A stretch of 64,000 bases of DNA, from contig MU053934.1 of assembly GCA_013239625.1 (NCBI GenBank), positions 3,180,399 through 3,244,398 of the forward strand, in the 5' to 3' direction. The DNA is from Lama guanicoe. Its lineage: Eukaryota. Of this stretch, positions 39,071 through 51,786 are shown one piece after another. Numbering within the stretch: the first letter of the stretch is position 1; every line of letters begins with the position of its first letter. The notes beneath the pieces were generated by a model, which ran no database searches, was not told the DNA's origin, and saw only the letters and a list, made by a program, of their open reading frames with translations. Made by a program: the position numbers and the translations under genes.

Positions 39071-41900
39071 TGATCTCTTCCATGCTGATGGAGTATCTTT
39101 GCATAGGTTTCTTGACAATTTTTATTTCTTCACCTAAGAATTATCTTTTCATACTCTCCTTTTTCTATTGCATTGGTTATTCTTATTTTTAGCGATGCTT
39201 CTTATGGGGACTCACTACTTAACAACAATGCTTGGTCCTAGGAATTTGTGTCAAATCAAATGGGACACACAGTGGTGGGCCCAGCTTAGCACCTGACTCA
39301 TCTCAGGCCAGGCTTCTTTCCCCTGAGTCAGGGGTTGTCACCCAGTGTTGACGTGTATCACAAGCCCCTGGAATGCTAAGGGCAACGCAGAGGCCCAGGC
39401 TCATTGAAAGACAGGGATTGGGCCTTGTGGTTGTACCAAGTTCCCCAGGTGAGAATGATGCCCACTGGAGTTAAGAGTTTGCCCTAAATTGTTAGCACAC
39501 TTTTTTATACTGTCATTCACTTCCTCTTCGTCATCTGAAGCAGCACAAACATAGCTGGTCTCTCCTCCTCTCAGCAGCCCCACACCCATTTTGAAGAGAT
39601 TAATGAGGTCTCCCCTGAGCCTTCTCTTTGCCAGCCTAAACCCCCCATTTTCTCACAGGTCCCTTGTACAACAGGATTTCCAAACCCTTCCAAATGGTAT
39701 TGTTCTCAGTAGATAGACCCCAGTGGGTCAACCTCCCTCCTGGAATTGACCACAGCCTCTCCAGGTGGGGGTCTGGGCAGTACAGAAGAGCATAGAACCC
39801 TCACCTCCCCCAGCCTGGACCCCATAATTTCTGTTAATGTGGCTAGTGCCTGTATCAGCCCTAGAAGCAGCTTGTAATTCTGTGAACGGACACTGAGCTC
39901 GGATCGACCACAGCCTCCAGGAGCAGGAGTTACATGTTGATGGTGTATATCTGCATATGGCTTCAAGTAACACAAAATCGCTACTCAAGCAAGTTCAAGC
40001 TAAAGAGACATCATCTCGCGTGAGAAGGCAGAGGCAGGCAGGTCCAGGCCCAGTGTGATCCTCAGCTCCACCGTTTCTTCAAATACAGGCTTTGTTCTCT
40101 TTCCATTTGGCCTTCCTAGTATGTCAACTTTGCTCAGAGAGAGGGCCCTTGTGGCCAGAAGACTGCAGTGGAGGCATATCAACTTTCTACTCAGATACAA
40201 GGGCATCTAGGTGAGCAGGAGACCCTTCTGTTCAAGCCGGCCTAAAGGTTTCCTCCCATTGGTAGGAAGTGGGTCACATGGCCATTCCTAAACCAATCAC
40301 TGGCAAGGGAGGTGGGACCACCATGACTGGCTCGGCCCAATCCAGATTTGCCTGGGGCTGGGGGCGGAGCCATATCCAGCGCTGTGTATGCAGGCGTGGA
40401 AAGCTCTCAAGCATAATGAGGCTTTTCTAGGGGAGATAAAGAGGCGAAACGGAGGTTCAGCAGGAAACCCTCAGCAGAGAGAACAGTAGGTGCAAAGACC
40501 CAGAGGTGTGACTGGGTGAAGGGCCTTCTCAGCCTGGCTGAAGGAGGTGGTGGGATTATTTAAACAGATGAGGGCCACAACCACATGCATGCCCACCAAG
40601 GTCCCTCTGGCTGCTGCAAACAGAGGGACTGGGGCTTACAACAGAGGCAGGGAGGCCAGTTAGGAGGCTGCTGTAGTCGCCCAGGTGAAGGGTGACATGG
40701 CTTGGACCACAGAGGGAACAGTGTACATGGGAACAGATTCAAGAAGGGTTTTCAAGGTAGAATCAGTAGGAAACACTGTGGCATCAAACTTGGGAGATGA
40801 AGGGAGGAGTTCAGTAAAGGGCAACCTATGATGTTGGCTTGAGCAGCCGAGTGGTGCCATTTACACAGGAAGCCAGAGCTTCAGAGGTTCCACTGCAGGT
40901 GTCTGGGCTGGATCTGTAGCTGAGAGCCATCAACATATGGATGGTATTTGAAGCCCTGGGACTTCAGAGAGCACATTCAGCAGAGTCAATGAGTGGGTGC
41001 TTGGGGTACCCACGCCTTTCTGTAGATATTGCAGGAATCCAAGAGACAGATGGAGGCTGGGGTTGAGGCCGCACTGAGGAGGATCGGCTTCAGCAGCCTT
41101 GAGGATACAATCTGTAGGACTTCATGACCTAACCAGATGCAGGTGGGGAAGGAGAGGAAGAAGTCAAGGTAACTCCCGGGTTTGGGCCTCGAAGAGGACT
41201 GGGTGGTGAGAGGTCCAACACTGTCCCTCGGCACTGCAGGCTCTGCCCTGCCTAGGGCCTGGTCCTTCCCAGGAGCCTGCACTGTAACCTCCCTGGCCAG
41301 GCAGCCTCCAGCTCCTACCTCCCCACGTCCTGCCCCTTCCCCTTTCCTTCCATCCCACTCTGAGATTCTTGGCCCCTCCCTCTCCTAGTTCATAGCTGCC
41401 CCCACGCATCCTCTCTGGAGTCTATTTCTTTTAGAGAAAGCATGTGTTTCCACTGCTGTGTCAGCAACTCAGTCACACCCTCCTTCATGCAGCTACCATT
41501 CTTGGCAGCCTCCCTGGGCCAGGCCCTGGTCGGAGTGCTTCTCAGCTCTCAGGTCTTCAACGTCTCCCTCCAGCTTGGTGAGGTAGGTATAGCTAGCTCC
41601 ATTTCACAGAAGTGGAAATTGAGGCTCTGGACTTTGGGTAAACATTCCAAGGTTCATCACCAAGGCCACCATAATCCTTCCCTTATCAGGGTCACCCCCG
41701 GTGGTCAGTCCAATCCTTGGCTCGTAACCTGGCCTGGAACATATCTATTGATGGGTATTAGGAGCCAGCCAGGCCTGGGGCAGAGGCATACACTGTGGGA
41801 GTCTGGCCTTGCCTACATTAGGCAACATTTGTTGAGCCTCAGTCCCCTGATCTGTACAGTGGGGATAAGAATAACCACATTGGCCTCAGGAGCACACTGC

Positions 41901-42487
41901 TGTCGGAGCCAGCCGACAATCGATCAGGTCCAGAAACCTGTGCCACAGGACTGAGAAAAGAAAGACAAGACTAGAAGGTGGGGTTGAGAGGGTCTCACTC
42001 TAGCCCGCAAGACGCTAAGCCAAGAGTGGACCTCGAGTTTATTTCAGGCAGTTAATTTATACAAATTCAAGTGACTACCTTGTGCATTCTTGCACGTAGG
42101 CACAGGTATTGTTTTATGGTTTAAACACAGTGTGTACTAAACTCACTAACTTGTGCATTGTTCTATAGATCAATGTTGTTTATAATACTCATAAACTAGG
42201 GTATATGTTCCCACATACCAAGATCACTAACTAAGGTTGTTGTTTCTATAAACTAAGATCACTAACTTGTATGTTGACTGTATCTCTCTGTTCAAAGATC
42301 ATCAGTAGCTTAATGGCCCAGGATGTTCCTAGGGCTTTTAGATCACCTGGTGCATTCTTTCCTGAAAAGGGGTGGCAGGACAGAGATTGTCTTTGTTAGA
42401 TCAATCTCAGAGCCTGACGCCAGCGCTATGGGATTTATTGTCCCGTTCTGTGCTCGGCAGTCCTCAGGTCATGAGTGGCTCCCCGCA
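41901..42487 (-). mobile_element. Solo LTR, ERV2/betaretrovirus-like, 587 bp
   Basis: TG..CA termini (minus: TGCGGGGAGCC..GGCTCCGACA); perfect 6-bp TSD CACTGC at 41895-41900 and 42488-42493; minus-strand TATAAA 42056-42061 shortly before AATAAA 42038-42043; CpGs retained; interrupts a MIR. Confidence 0.88.
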
Positions 42488-42607
42488 CACTGCAAAGATC
42501 TAGTGCCTTAATACCTACTTCATGGTGCTATTGTGAGATTTAAATGACTAGCATGCAAGCACAATGCCGACACACAGTAGGTGCTTTGTTCCTAAGTGAG
42601 GTCCTCT

Positions 42608-42718
42608 GGGGCGGGAGCTGTGGACCACTCTCCTCCCCATCCCCCAGAACAGCCCACAGCAGGCCTGACACAGTGACAGCTCAGGGACTGACTGTGGAGG
42701 GTTGCTTGGCAACTGTCA
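42608..42718. promoter_or_regulatory. Candidate A-MYB/RFX meiotic promoter
   Basis: GC box GGGGCGGGAG 42608-42617; X-box GTTGCTTGGCAAC 42701-42713 overlapping MYB motif CAACTGTCA 42710-42718; CRE-like TGACGTC 42885-42891 nearby. Confidence 0.55.
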
Positions 42719-43794
42719 ATGGGGCATTGATGGGGAGACTTTTACCCTCAGATCCTAAAGCCAGAAAAGTCCTTAGGCTAGAACACACTGGACAAGGGGG
42801 ACCCATAGACCCAAAAATGGGGGATGCAAGGATCAGAGCTGACAGCAGCAATGCCAGAGAAGTGGAGGGATGGGGTGCTGGAATTGACGTCTGTGCATGA
42901 AACAAACAAGCAGAATAAAGAAGGAGCTTATGAGAAGGATTGCCATAAATCCTAAATACAATCTAGGTGTTCTTCGAGAGAACAAAGACTGGCGTTCTTC
43001 TTTCATCAGTATTTGATGGTGGGGCTGTGCTGTTTGGAATGGTATTCATTTCAGAGACTGAGCCACATGAGGCCCCCTTATCCACTAGGGTTACACTCCA
43101 GCATTTAATCCTCAGCTGAAGATTGTGAAAGGAACTTTATACCTCGTTAAGGGTAATCACATCCGGCAGCTCCCAGGCCTGGCCCTTGCCTGTGTGCTGC
43201 CCCCAGGGCCCCGTCCTGCCTCGGCATCTCTTGGCTCCCAGGAGCCAGAGGCTATGTCTCCCCTAGGCTTCCCCACTGCAGATGCCAGCCAGACCTTGGC
43301 CTCAGGTGGCACTTAGAGCAATTTGTGTGGTTAAACCTTGGACTGACAGAATAGGGGAACCACTTGGGCGGGGGGATTCTGCTAAACAGCAGCAAAGGGA
43401 GGTAAAAATAGGTGTCTTACTCAGCCAATAAAGGCACAGGGAGAACATACCCCAAATGCAACCAGATTTTCTATCTCCTCCCCTCCCCTCCCCCTCTCCA
43501 TCCCTCTGAAGCTGGTTCCTTCATCCCCTCCCTTCCCCAGGAGACAAAAGTCCAGCACTGCCCCCTAGTTCCTGGGTGTGCCCATCTCTGCTCCCACCTC
43601 CTCACTCTTTGCAGTGTCATCCCTTTTTCTGGGACTGGCCTTCAGAAGTCCACCCTGCTCCTTCCCAGACACAAAAACACAAAACCATTTCCCATCCAGC
43701 ACCAATTCCTGAGCCTTTTCTCCCAAACAGGGCAGCTCCCCAACTCCACGGCAGGCTCCCTTCACTTGGAGCCTAGCCCCACCCTGTGCTTGCA

Positions 43795-44420
43795 CACCTG
43801 GGCCAGAGTACAAAGGGAAGCTACAAAAGGAAGTGCAAATACTCAAATACCTTCGGTCTAAATATTTAAGCCATAAATCAAGCTAAGAAACCCGTAGAAC
43901 ATTCTCCTGCCTTGACAAATAGACCTTCATAATGACCTAGACAGATTTGAATTGCAAATTCTTGGACTCCTTGAATGTGGTGGCCCAGGGAAAGCTAGCC
44001 CCCGTGTTCTGGCCCGCCGCACACCTCCTCCTCTTCACCCTTAGAGCAATCGCACATGCACGCATATAGCACCCCCTAGCCCGCACATCCAAGCTCTGTC
44101 CCCACTTCCCACACAGGGCTACCCCTTAGGCATCTCTTGTGCACACTTGTGCATCTCTTCCGCCCTGCACACTCGTCGCCCTGCTGGGAGGAGCTGGGGA
44201 CTAGAGGCAGGTCACAGTAGGCCCTCTGATGTGCATGGCCGAGGGCAGGGCCCCTCCCTTGACTTTGGTCTCTTCTACCTCCTTTCCTTCCCATGTCTGG
44301 GGCCCAGTCAAAATATTGCAAGGCCTGACCTCTGTCTTCCCAAGTGGTACCACGCTCCCAGTGACTGGGAAGGCTCTCCCCATCCCCGGTTTTCTGGACT
44401 TCATTCTCATCTTTAAATGA
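43795..44420. mobile_element. MER115-like hAT-Tip100 element
   Basis: GGGCCAGAGTACAAA..TCTAAATATTTAAGCCATAAATCAAGCTAAG..CCTTGACAAATAGACCTTCATAATGACCT..AATTCTTGGACTCCT recalled as MER115-like. Confidence 0.55.
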
Positions 44421-46299
44421 GGAATTTGTAACAGCTCGGAAGTAGCCAGGATTTTAACAGCAAGAATCGGAATGCGGAGTCCGACAGAGCTTGGGACATC
44501 ATCACAGAAGCCCAAAGCTCAGGATGGTCACAGGCCCTGGGCCTCTTTCAAAGCTGGCCTGCCTCTACTTTCTGTTGGCCTACGAGCTGGGATGGCCTGC
44601 AGTGTCCTAACTGGGGCCTCGGGCCTTTGGATGTTGGCCCCAGGGGACGTCTGGAAGAGACGATCCAGAGGAACAAGCACAGCGTGGGAGTAAACTGGGG
44701 CGGGGCTCCCTCCCAGCCTGCCCCTGACAAGCCAAGCCAGCTCGTGGAAATTCCTGTTTCTGACCTTAGCCCTCAAATGTAAAAGAGACCTAAAACAGCT
44801 ACTCCACGGGGTTGCTGTTGAAATTAGATGCAACTTGGTGTGTGCGATGGATGGGAAAGCCTGGCCTGCTGCCCGACAGAGCGCCTCTTGGCACTGGTGA
44901 GACCTGAACGCTGAAGTGGCCTGCCAAGCAAGACAGTCTTGAAGCAGAGTGTCAGAGGCAGTTTCAGTTCTGCAGATCAGTTACTCTTTGGAGAGATGCG
45001 GAAGGAGGCGATGAGGCAGAGGGTGCACTTCTGCTCCTGGGACCATCCCCTGCCTTAGCAGAGGAACCTTCAGCCCATCACCAGCTTCCCTGGGCATCTG
45101 TTGGGCTGCTGTGGTCCTGATGCCAGCAGCCGGGGTCCTGCTAATGGGCCGAGGGTCAGGAGCCTCATAGGTGGCCCAAGTCTGCACTGTTACTTAGAAA
45201 GTCAGTCCAGAAAGCACAGGCTCGAGTCTGGCTCTTCAGCCCTTCCAATAATTTGGTACAGCTCGGGGTCCCCTCTTGTTAATCCTTCCCTGCTTCAATT
45301 AGCTATAGAGAATTCTGTTGTCTGCAACAGAGCCCAGGCCAAAGTTTATAACAGAGGTGGGCCAGAACTACTATTTGCAAGAGCAAGTAGAGGAAAAGGT
45401 AGATGGGTGAGTTTTACCTCCTAGGCTGTTACAAATTCTGGTAGCTCTCTAAACGTCAGGGAGGGGCAGTTGCTGGAGGAGGAGGACAGAAAAGGGGAAG
45501 GCAAGAATATTGCCTTTCAGAGCTTACAACTTCCCATCTTCAGCCCTGTCACACGCGTTCTTGCTTAGTTTGGCTGAGGAGCAAAGACAGGCTGTCAGAG
45601 ACGCCAGCGTGGGCTATTTCAGCCCAAGCAAGGAGATTTGGGGCAAGGTTTCTTTTCAGAGGGGAGCTGGGCAGGGATGGGTGTGGCAGACTTGGCACTG
45701 AGGAAAGAGGACAGACAGGCTGGGGCCCCAGGCAGAGAAGCAGCCCTGGACCTCACGTGGTTAGACCTTGGAGATCCAAGCACAAACCCCTCCAGGCATG
45801 GGTGCAAGGGGAAGCAGACAGCCCTGAGTTAACCACTAGCAATGGGTGCTACACAGACACCCTGCTGTCCCGGCTCACACGTCAGGGCGTCTTGGGGCCA
45901 AAGACAAGCCTGAAGGGGAGGACACTCCGAGGGCAAGGGGCCCAAGGAAGGCAACAGTAGCTGAGTTCCTGGCATGGCAAGGCTGAGAGCAGGGCCAGGA
46001 AGAGGGACTGGGTGACCCACAGGATGAGGGATGGAAGAACAATGAATGTGCTAGGACCCTTGCCTCTGACTTGTGGCAGGCACTGGGTCCCCTTTCTCAC
46101 TGGTCCCTGAGACGGTGAATACTGGGAACTGAGTCTTTACCCACGTGGGAGACTGCAAATGCAGAAGACGAGAAGCTGCAGATTGGGACCCGCAATCCCA
46201 GGCAATGGGGTGAGTTGGGGCCAAGAGAGAGTCCAGACCCGGAACTGTCAAGAAAAAAACACAGGAAAACCCCTCCGCTGTGTGAAACTGCCTTAAGAA

Positions 46300-47350
46300 C
46301 CCTGCTGTCAGGGAGCAGCCTTTGAGGGCTTTCCTGGGAGAAGAGGTTAGCAGGCCCCCATCTTTACAACTGTGGCTCATGGGGAGGCCTCAGGGAGAGC
46401 AAGGGGAAGGCAGCTGGGCTGGCGGACCCCGAGGCAGCCCCGGCTGCAGGCCTGAGATAACAGAGCTTGTGAGATTCCAGTACCTGCTCCTATGACCCCT
46501 CCCCAACAAACCGCCCCATCCCCCCCCACCCCCTCCCATGGTGCAAGTTCACAGTGAACCTTCCCTCAGGAAGCAGGGCATGGGCTGCTTGGGAAGAGCC
46601 AAGGGACAGAGGGAGAGAGACACTGGCCCAGGCTGCAGCCACCTTGGGGCAGCAGCACTGAGGGCGCTTGAGGGCAGCTTGGAGGGGACAGGAGGCCAGC
46701 TGGGGCTCCCTCCCTGGGCCTTTCCAAGCCCCCCCCCCCTTGGCCCCAGTCCATACCAACTCCCAGGGAGGCAAAAGGCATCAGGAAAAGTCCATGGGTC
46801 AAGAGCCACCAGAGCTACAGGGACTGCTGACCCCAGCTGGGGCTGCTGAATGCCTCCATGTGACATCACTCATGGAGGAAGAGTTCATTGCCAAGGAGTC
46901 CGCTCCAAGTTCCCCTACAGCAATCCAGGCAGAGTCCAGGGGTTTCCCAGAGGAGGGGTTTGCAGCAGTTGGAGAGCAAAGGAGTCTAAGGAGAGGGGGA
47001 GGGGCTCTGCCTACTGGGGAGACCAGGAGGCTGGGGCTTGGAGGTGGGCTCCAGGCACCACCTGAGCGAAGGTTTGACAGTTCAGCCTGAAGTCACTGGA
47101 TGAAGCCGCAAGCTGCGTGCCTGATCAGAGAGACAAGTTGCATCTCTTGATCCCTGAGAAGGAGCAGGGGTGGTTCATAGCTATGGAGAAAAGGGCGGCA
47201 GACTGGTTGAGGGCAAGACAGGCAGGCAAGGGGGACCAGGTCAGGGGCCCAGCCAAGCCTGGAGGCTGCCCTGGCCGGGACCTGCAGGAAGAAGCCCTTG
47301 GGTCCCCCAGAAACCTCGACCACCCAAGGCAGAGATAGAAGGAGACAGAC
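46300..47350 (+). repeat. Local low-copy repeat, copy A (core 46424-47195)
   Basis: Core near-identical to 51025-51784 and 51787-52227; diverged homology to 48030-49600. Confidence 0.92.
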
Positions 47351-48029
47351 CTGGGGCCACCCATTGGTGCCAGGCCCCAGGGCACAAGCTAAGACCCAGT
47401 TATGCCCCTGATTGTCCTTATTATTGCTGAGGGGCAAAATCCAGACACCTCCCTGGAGGAAGGGGTTTCTAATCCCTACAGGACAGCAGGGTCTAGAAGG
47501 GTCATGGGCCAAGCAGCAGACTATAGTGCAGAGGAGTTCAAGGTCAGTGGATGAAGACCTGCAGTGTCCCTTGGACAAGAGGGACAGCTTCTGTGCAGTC
47601 CTCTCTTCCTACCTCAACAATGGGTGGCTTTGGCACACTGCCAGGGCCTCCCTGCTGCAGTCTGGGGAGACCCAGCTTTGGGAAGTCAAGTTACCTAGGA
47701 CAGGGTGAGTAGGTCTCTGTAGCTCAGTGAGGTAGCCAGCTGGGAGGAAGAGGTTGTGAGGAGCAGGGGACCAGGTAGGAGTGCAGGCCCAAGGAGACCA
47801 GCAAGCCACGGACATGCATTGCAGTTCAGGCCTGGGAGGTGGTGCCTGGCTTCCCTCAGAATGAGTACCAGAAAGCTAGCACCCAGCCTGGAGGAAAGTT
47901 TTGAAGGGGTTGGAGCCCAGGAGAAGCACCGACCCAGGTCCTAGTTGCTGGTACCGAGGTGTGAGGGACAAGGACCTACCTGCACGACCCTTCTCTAAGA
48001 GCCTCTTTTCTTGAGGACCTCATTCCAGG

Positions 48030-49600
48030 TCCTTCCTGGGGGATAGGTTTGTAGACACACCCCCACATCCTCACAATGACAGCAGGGGAGGGCTAGAGGG
48101 AAGGCAGCTGGGCAGGGCACCCTGAGCCTCGGCCAGTCTGGGGGACACCGGGGCAGCCCCAGCTGCAAGCCTGAGATGATAGAGCTTGTGGCATTCCAGC
48201 ACCCGCTCCTCCGACCCCTCCCACAAACCTCCCTCTCTCCTCTTCCTCCCATGGTGCAAGTTCATAGCGAACCTCCCTTCAGGAAGCAGGTCATGGGCTG
48301 TATTAACCTAAAACAGTAAAACAGCGAGTTACTTTACCAGCAAAATGGGTTTATTTAGGATCAACAAAGAATTGCAACTCAGGACGTGCAACTGTGGTGA
48401 ATTACTTGAAAATCCTGGAAAAGTAAAGTAGAGGAAACTCTTTTACAGAGGAGAAAGGGGAGTTGGGAGCGGCTGTTATAAACAGAAAGTCCATTGGAAG
48501 AAACTGCGAGTTCACAGTACAGTGGCTTTTCATTGACTGAGTTGTGACAGTCTCTCATTGGCCTGGCTGTTGCCAGGCAAGGAGAAAACCTTTCTTCCTC
48601 CTGCTAGTGGTAGTAAGTAGTGCCACTTCCTGTAGGAGATGTGAGGTACAGCTCTCCTGTTGGGATCTGTATTGACATCTAATGGTACATATCTGAGAGT
48701 CCTCCCTTCTGGCCTCCTGTCTCCAGATTAGTGAGGTTTCCCTTTATTAATTTACACAGCTGCTTGGGAAGGGCCGGTAAACAGGGAGACCGTGGCGCAG
48801 GCTGCAGCCACCTTGGCGCAGCAGCACTGAGGGTGCTTGAGGGCAGCTTGGAAGAGACAGGAGGCCAGCTGAGGCTCTAGCCTGGGTCCTTCCAGAAGGA
48901 TCCCCCTGGTCCCCGCCAACTCCCAGGCAGGAGGCATCAGGAAGTGTCCGTGGGTCAAGAGCCACCAGAGTGATAGGGACTGCTGACCCCGGTTGGGGCT
49001 GCTCAATGCCTCTGTGTGACATCACTAACGGAGGAAGAGTTCATTGCCAGGGAGTCCACTCCAAGTTCCCCTACAGCAATGCAGGCAGAGTCCAGGGGTT
49101 TCCCAGAGGAGGGGTTTGCAGCAGTTGGAGAGCAGGGGTCTGAGAAGAGAGGGGGAGGGGCTCTGCCTACTGGGGAGACCAGGAGGCTGGGGCTTGGAGG
49201 TGGGCTCCAGGTACCACCTGAGCAAAGGTTTGACAGTTCAGCCTGAAGTCACTGGATGAAGCCCCAAGCTGCGTGCCTGATCAGAGAGACAAGTTGCATC
49301 TCTTGATCCCTGAGAAGGAGCAGAGGTGGTTCATAGCTGTGGAGAGAAGGGCAGCAGACCATGGGTGGTGGGGAGGGGAACAGCAGGTGACAGGGCAAGC
49401 AGGGTGGCCCAGGTCAGGGGTCTGGCCAGGCCTGGAGGCGGCGGCCCTTGGGACCTACAGAAACCTCGACTACCCAAGGCAGGGACAGGAGGAGACAACA
49501 TAGGAGAAGCAGAGATCTGGGAGTCACAGAGCCAGGACTGCTTCTCAGAACCAGCTGAGACTCAGTGACGTCCCCAGTGCCCTTCAGGCACCAGGGCTCA
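48030..49600 (+). repeat. Local low-copy repeat, copy B (diverged, interrupted by a solo LTR)
   Basis: Colinear with copy A (CCCATGGTGCAAGTTCA.., GAGGAAGAGTTCATTGCCA.., CCTGATCAGAGAGACAAGTTGCATC..) with many substitutions. Confidence 0.9.
48299..48756 (-). mobile_element. Solo LTR (ERV1-like, ~460 bp) inserted in repeat copy B
   Basis: Begins TGTATTAACC, ends ..TTAATTTACA; TTTATT near 48350; interrupts the GGGC|TGCTTGGGAAG sequence that is contiguous in copy A; TSD degenerate. Confidence 0.75.
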
Positions 49601-50099
49601 ATTTGAGGGCATCTCTGGGGAAAGAGGTTTTGCTGTTACTAAGGCAAGGTGGGAGCTTAGGGGAGGGGAATTGAGCTAAGCGACTAAAGAGAAGAGGGGG
49701 TTCCCTGGCCAGCGGCTATGAGGGGTCACACAATAACCTTGGAACTGTGAACACCTTCAAACCAAGCCCTGGCACAGTGCAGAGACTGGGTGTCCTCCCC
49801 TGTGGAGGAGTTTCCATGAATCTGGAGGAGGAGGAAGGGGTCCTGACCCGGAAGGTGTCAAAGATGAGAAGATGCAGGTGGGGCTGCAGGCTTCCTGGAG
49901 GAGACAGAAGAGCCAGGTCACATGCAGCTTGGCCCCACGGGCACTGGTTTCAGAGGGTCCCCCAACTAGAGGGCACGACACAGAAAGTGTAAAAGTGAGG
50001 CCTCTCTTGCTACTGCGCTCCTGTCTCTAGTGCCCAGACCCCAGGCCCAGCTGAAATCTCCAGTGTTTGGAAGTCCTAGCGAGCAAGAAGGTTTTACCC

Positions 50100-50760
50100 A
50101 AAACTGCCCACAAGCAGACCCATTTGTCTCCTTACTGGATGAATGCCTCCTCATCCCAGAAAAAATCAGAAATAGGTACAAAACAAACATGTCATGTCTG
50201 CATAATTAAACGTTTGTGTTAAGATATCTGAGTATATTTGGCATTTCAGGTATTTGTAATGTGTGCTCTATTAAAGCACCAGCATCCTTGAAATTCAAGT
50301 CAATTGTTTGAAAATAAGGAATTAGTTCAGAATTGTGATTTTCCTAGAAATACCATTTACCTGGTAAGAAGTTCGGGGCATGATAAGAACCCAAAGTTAC
50401 CCGAGAAGTAAGTAGAAACTTACCAGGATACAAAGTTCTGTTTATTCTTCAAATAAATGAAGTATTGAAAAAGGAAATCCGATATATTAAACTTCTAGAT
50501 AAAGTTTGGGATAGTTAAGGATATTTAATTGCATTTGTAAGCAGGACCTTAACCCAAACAAAGTCCCCTCAACTGTGAATGTTAAAATTTACTAGATTTG
50601 TACATAGAATAACTTCTGTGTTGAAATGGAAGGCTACGAGTCTTTGAACTCTTTGGTAACTTTGTAAATAAAAGTTCGTTTTGAAACCTGAGTAATTACA
50701 TAATGAGCCTCTCTTTAGGCAAAAGCAAAACTGTCCTTGAGGACACTTCCAAATTCCCAG
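50100..50760. mobile_element. AT-rich ERV1 (MER4-group-like) internal fragment
   Basis: Abrupt AT-rich island in GC-rich surroundings, without ORF; style resembles MER4/MER34-type internal sequence. Confidence 0.45.
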
Positions 50761-50979
50761 TAACTGCAGGTCATCCCCTAACCCAAGTTGTTAGGTGGTA
50801 CTTAGGGGGATGGAGGGGCTTGGAGCGGCCAGGAGGTGAAGGATCTAGCCTGGCCTGGACCCACTCACCCCCAGGCATATATCCACCTTTGGTTACATCT
50901 TTGTTTCGTTGGGAATAATAGGACCCCTCGAAGAGAAAAGGCCCATGCTGGTGAAGAGAAACGAGGACAGTATGCTCCG

Positions 50980-51784
50980 GGAAGGAAGCTGCGCCGGGTG
51001 GCCCTGAGCCTGAGCCAGGCTGGGGGACCCCGAGGCAGCCCCGGCTGCAGGCCTGAGATAACAGAGCTTGTGAGATTCCAGTACCTGCTCCTATGACCCC
51101 TCCCCAACAAACCGCCCCCTCCCCCCCCCCCCCCCCCCCCGGCGCTGCCCCCTGGGCTTTTTTTTTTTTTTCTGTGTCATGAAGGCAGCAAGCCAAGGGA
51201 AGAGGGAGAGAGACACTGGCCCAGGCTGCAGCCACCTTGGGGCAGCAGCACTGAGGGCGCTTGAGGGCAGCTTGAAGGGGACAGGAGGCCAGCTGGGGCT
51301 CCCTCCCTGGGCCTTTCCAAGCCCCCCCCCGGCCCCAGTCCACACCAACTCCCAGGGAGGCAAAAGGCATCAGGAAAAGTCCATGGGTCAAGAGCCACCA
51401 GAGCTACAGGGACTGCTGACCCCAGCTGGGGCTGCTGAATGCCTCCATGTGACATCACTCATGGAGGAAGAGTTCATTGCCAAGGAGTCCGCTCCAAGTT
51501 CCCCTACAGCAATCCAGGCAGAGTCCAGGGGTTTCCCAGAGGAGGGGTTTGCAGCAGTTGGAGAGCAAAGGAGTCTAAGGAGAGGGGGAGGGGCTCTGCC
51601 TACTGGGGAGACCAGGAGGCTGGGGCTTGGAGGTGGGCTCCAGGCACCACCTGAGCGAAGGTTTGACAGTTCAGCCTGAAGTCACTGGATGAAGCCGCAA
51701 GCTGCGTGCCTGATCAGAGAGACAAGTTGCATCTCTTGATCCCTGAGAAGGAGCAGGGGTGGTTCATAGCTATGGAGAAAAGGG
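50980..51784 (+). repeat. Local low-copy repeat, copy C
   Basis: From 51025 almost identical to copy A, except an aberrant 51120-51190 segment and a few substitutions. Confidence 0.92.
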
Positions 51785-51786
51785 AA

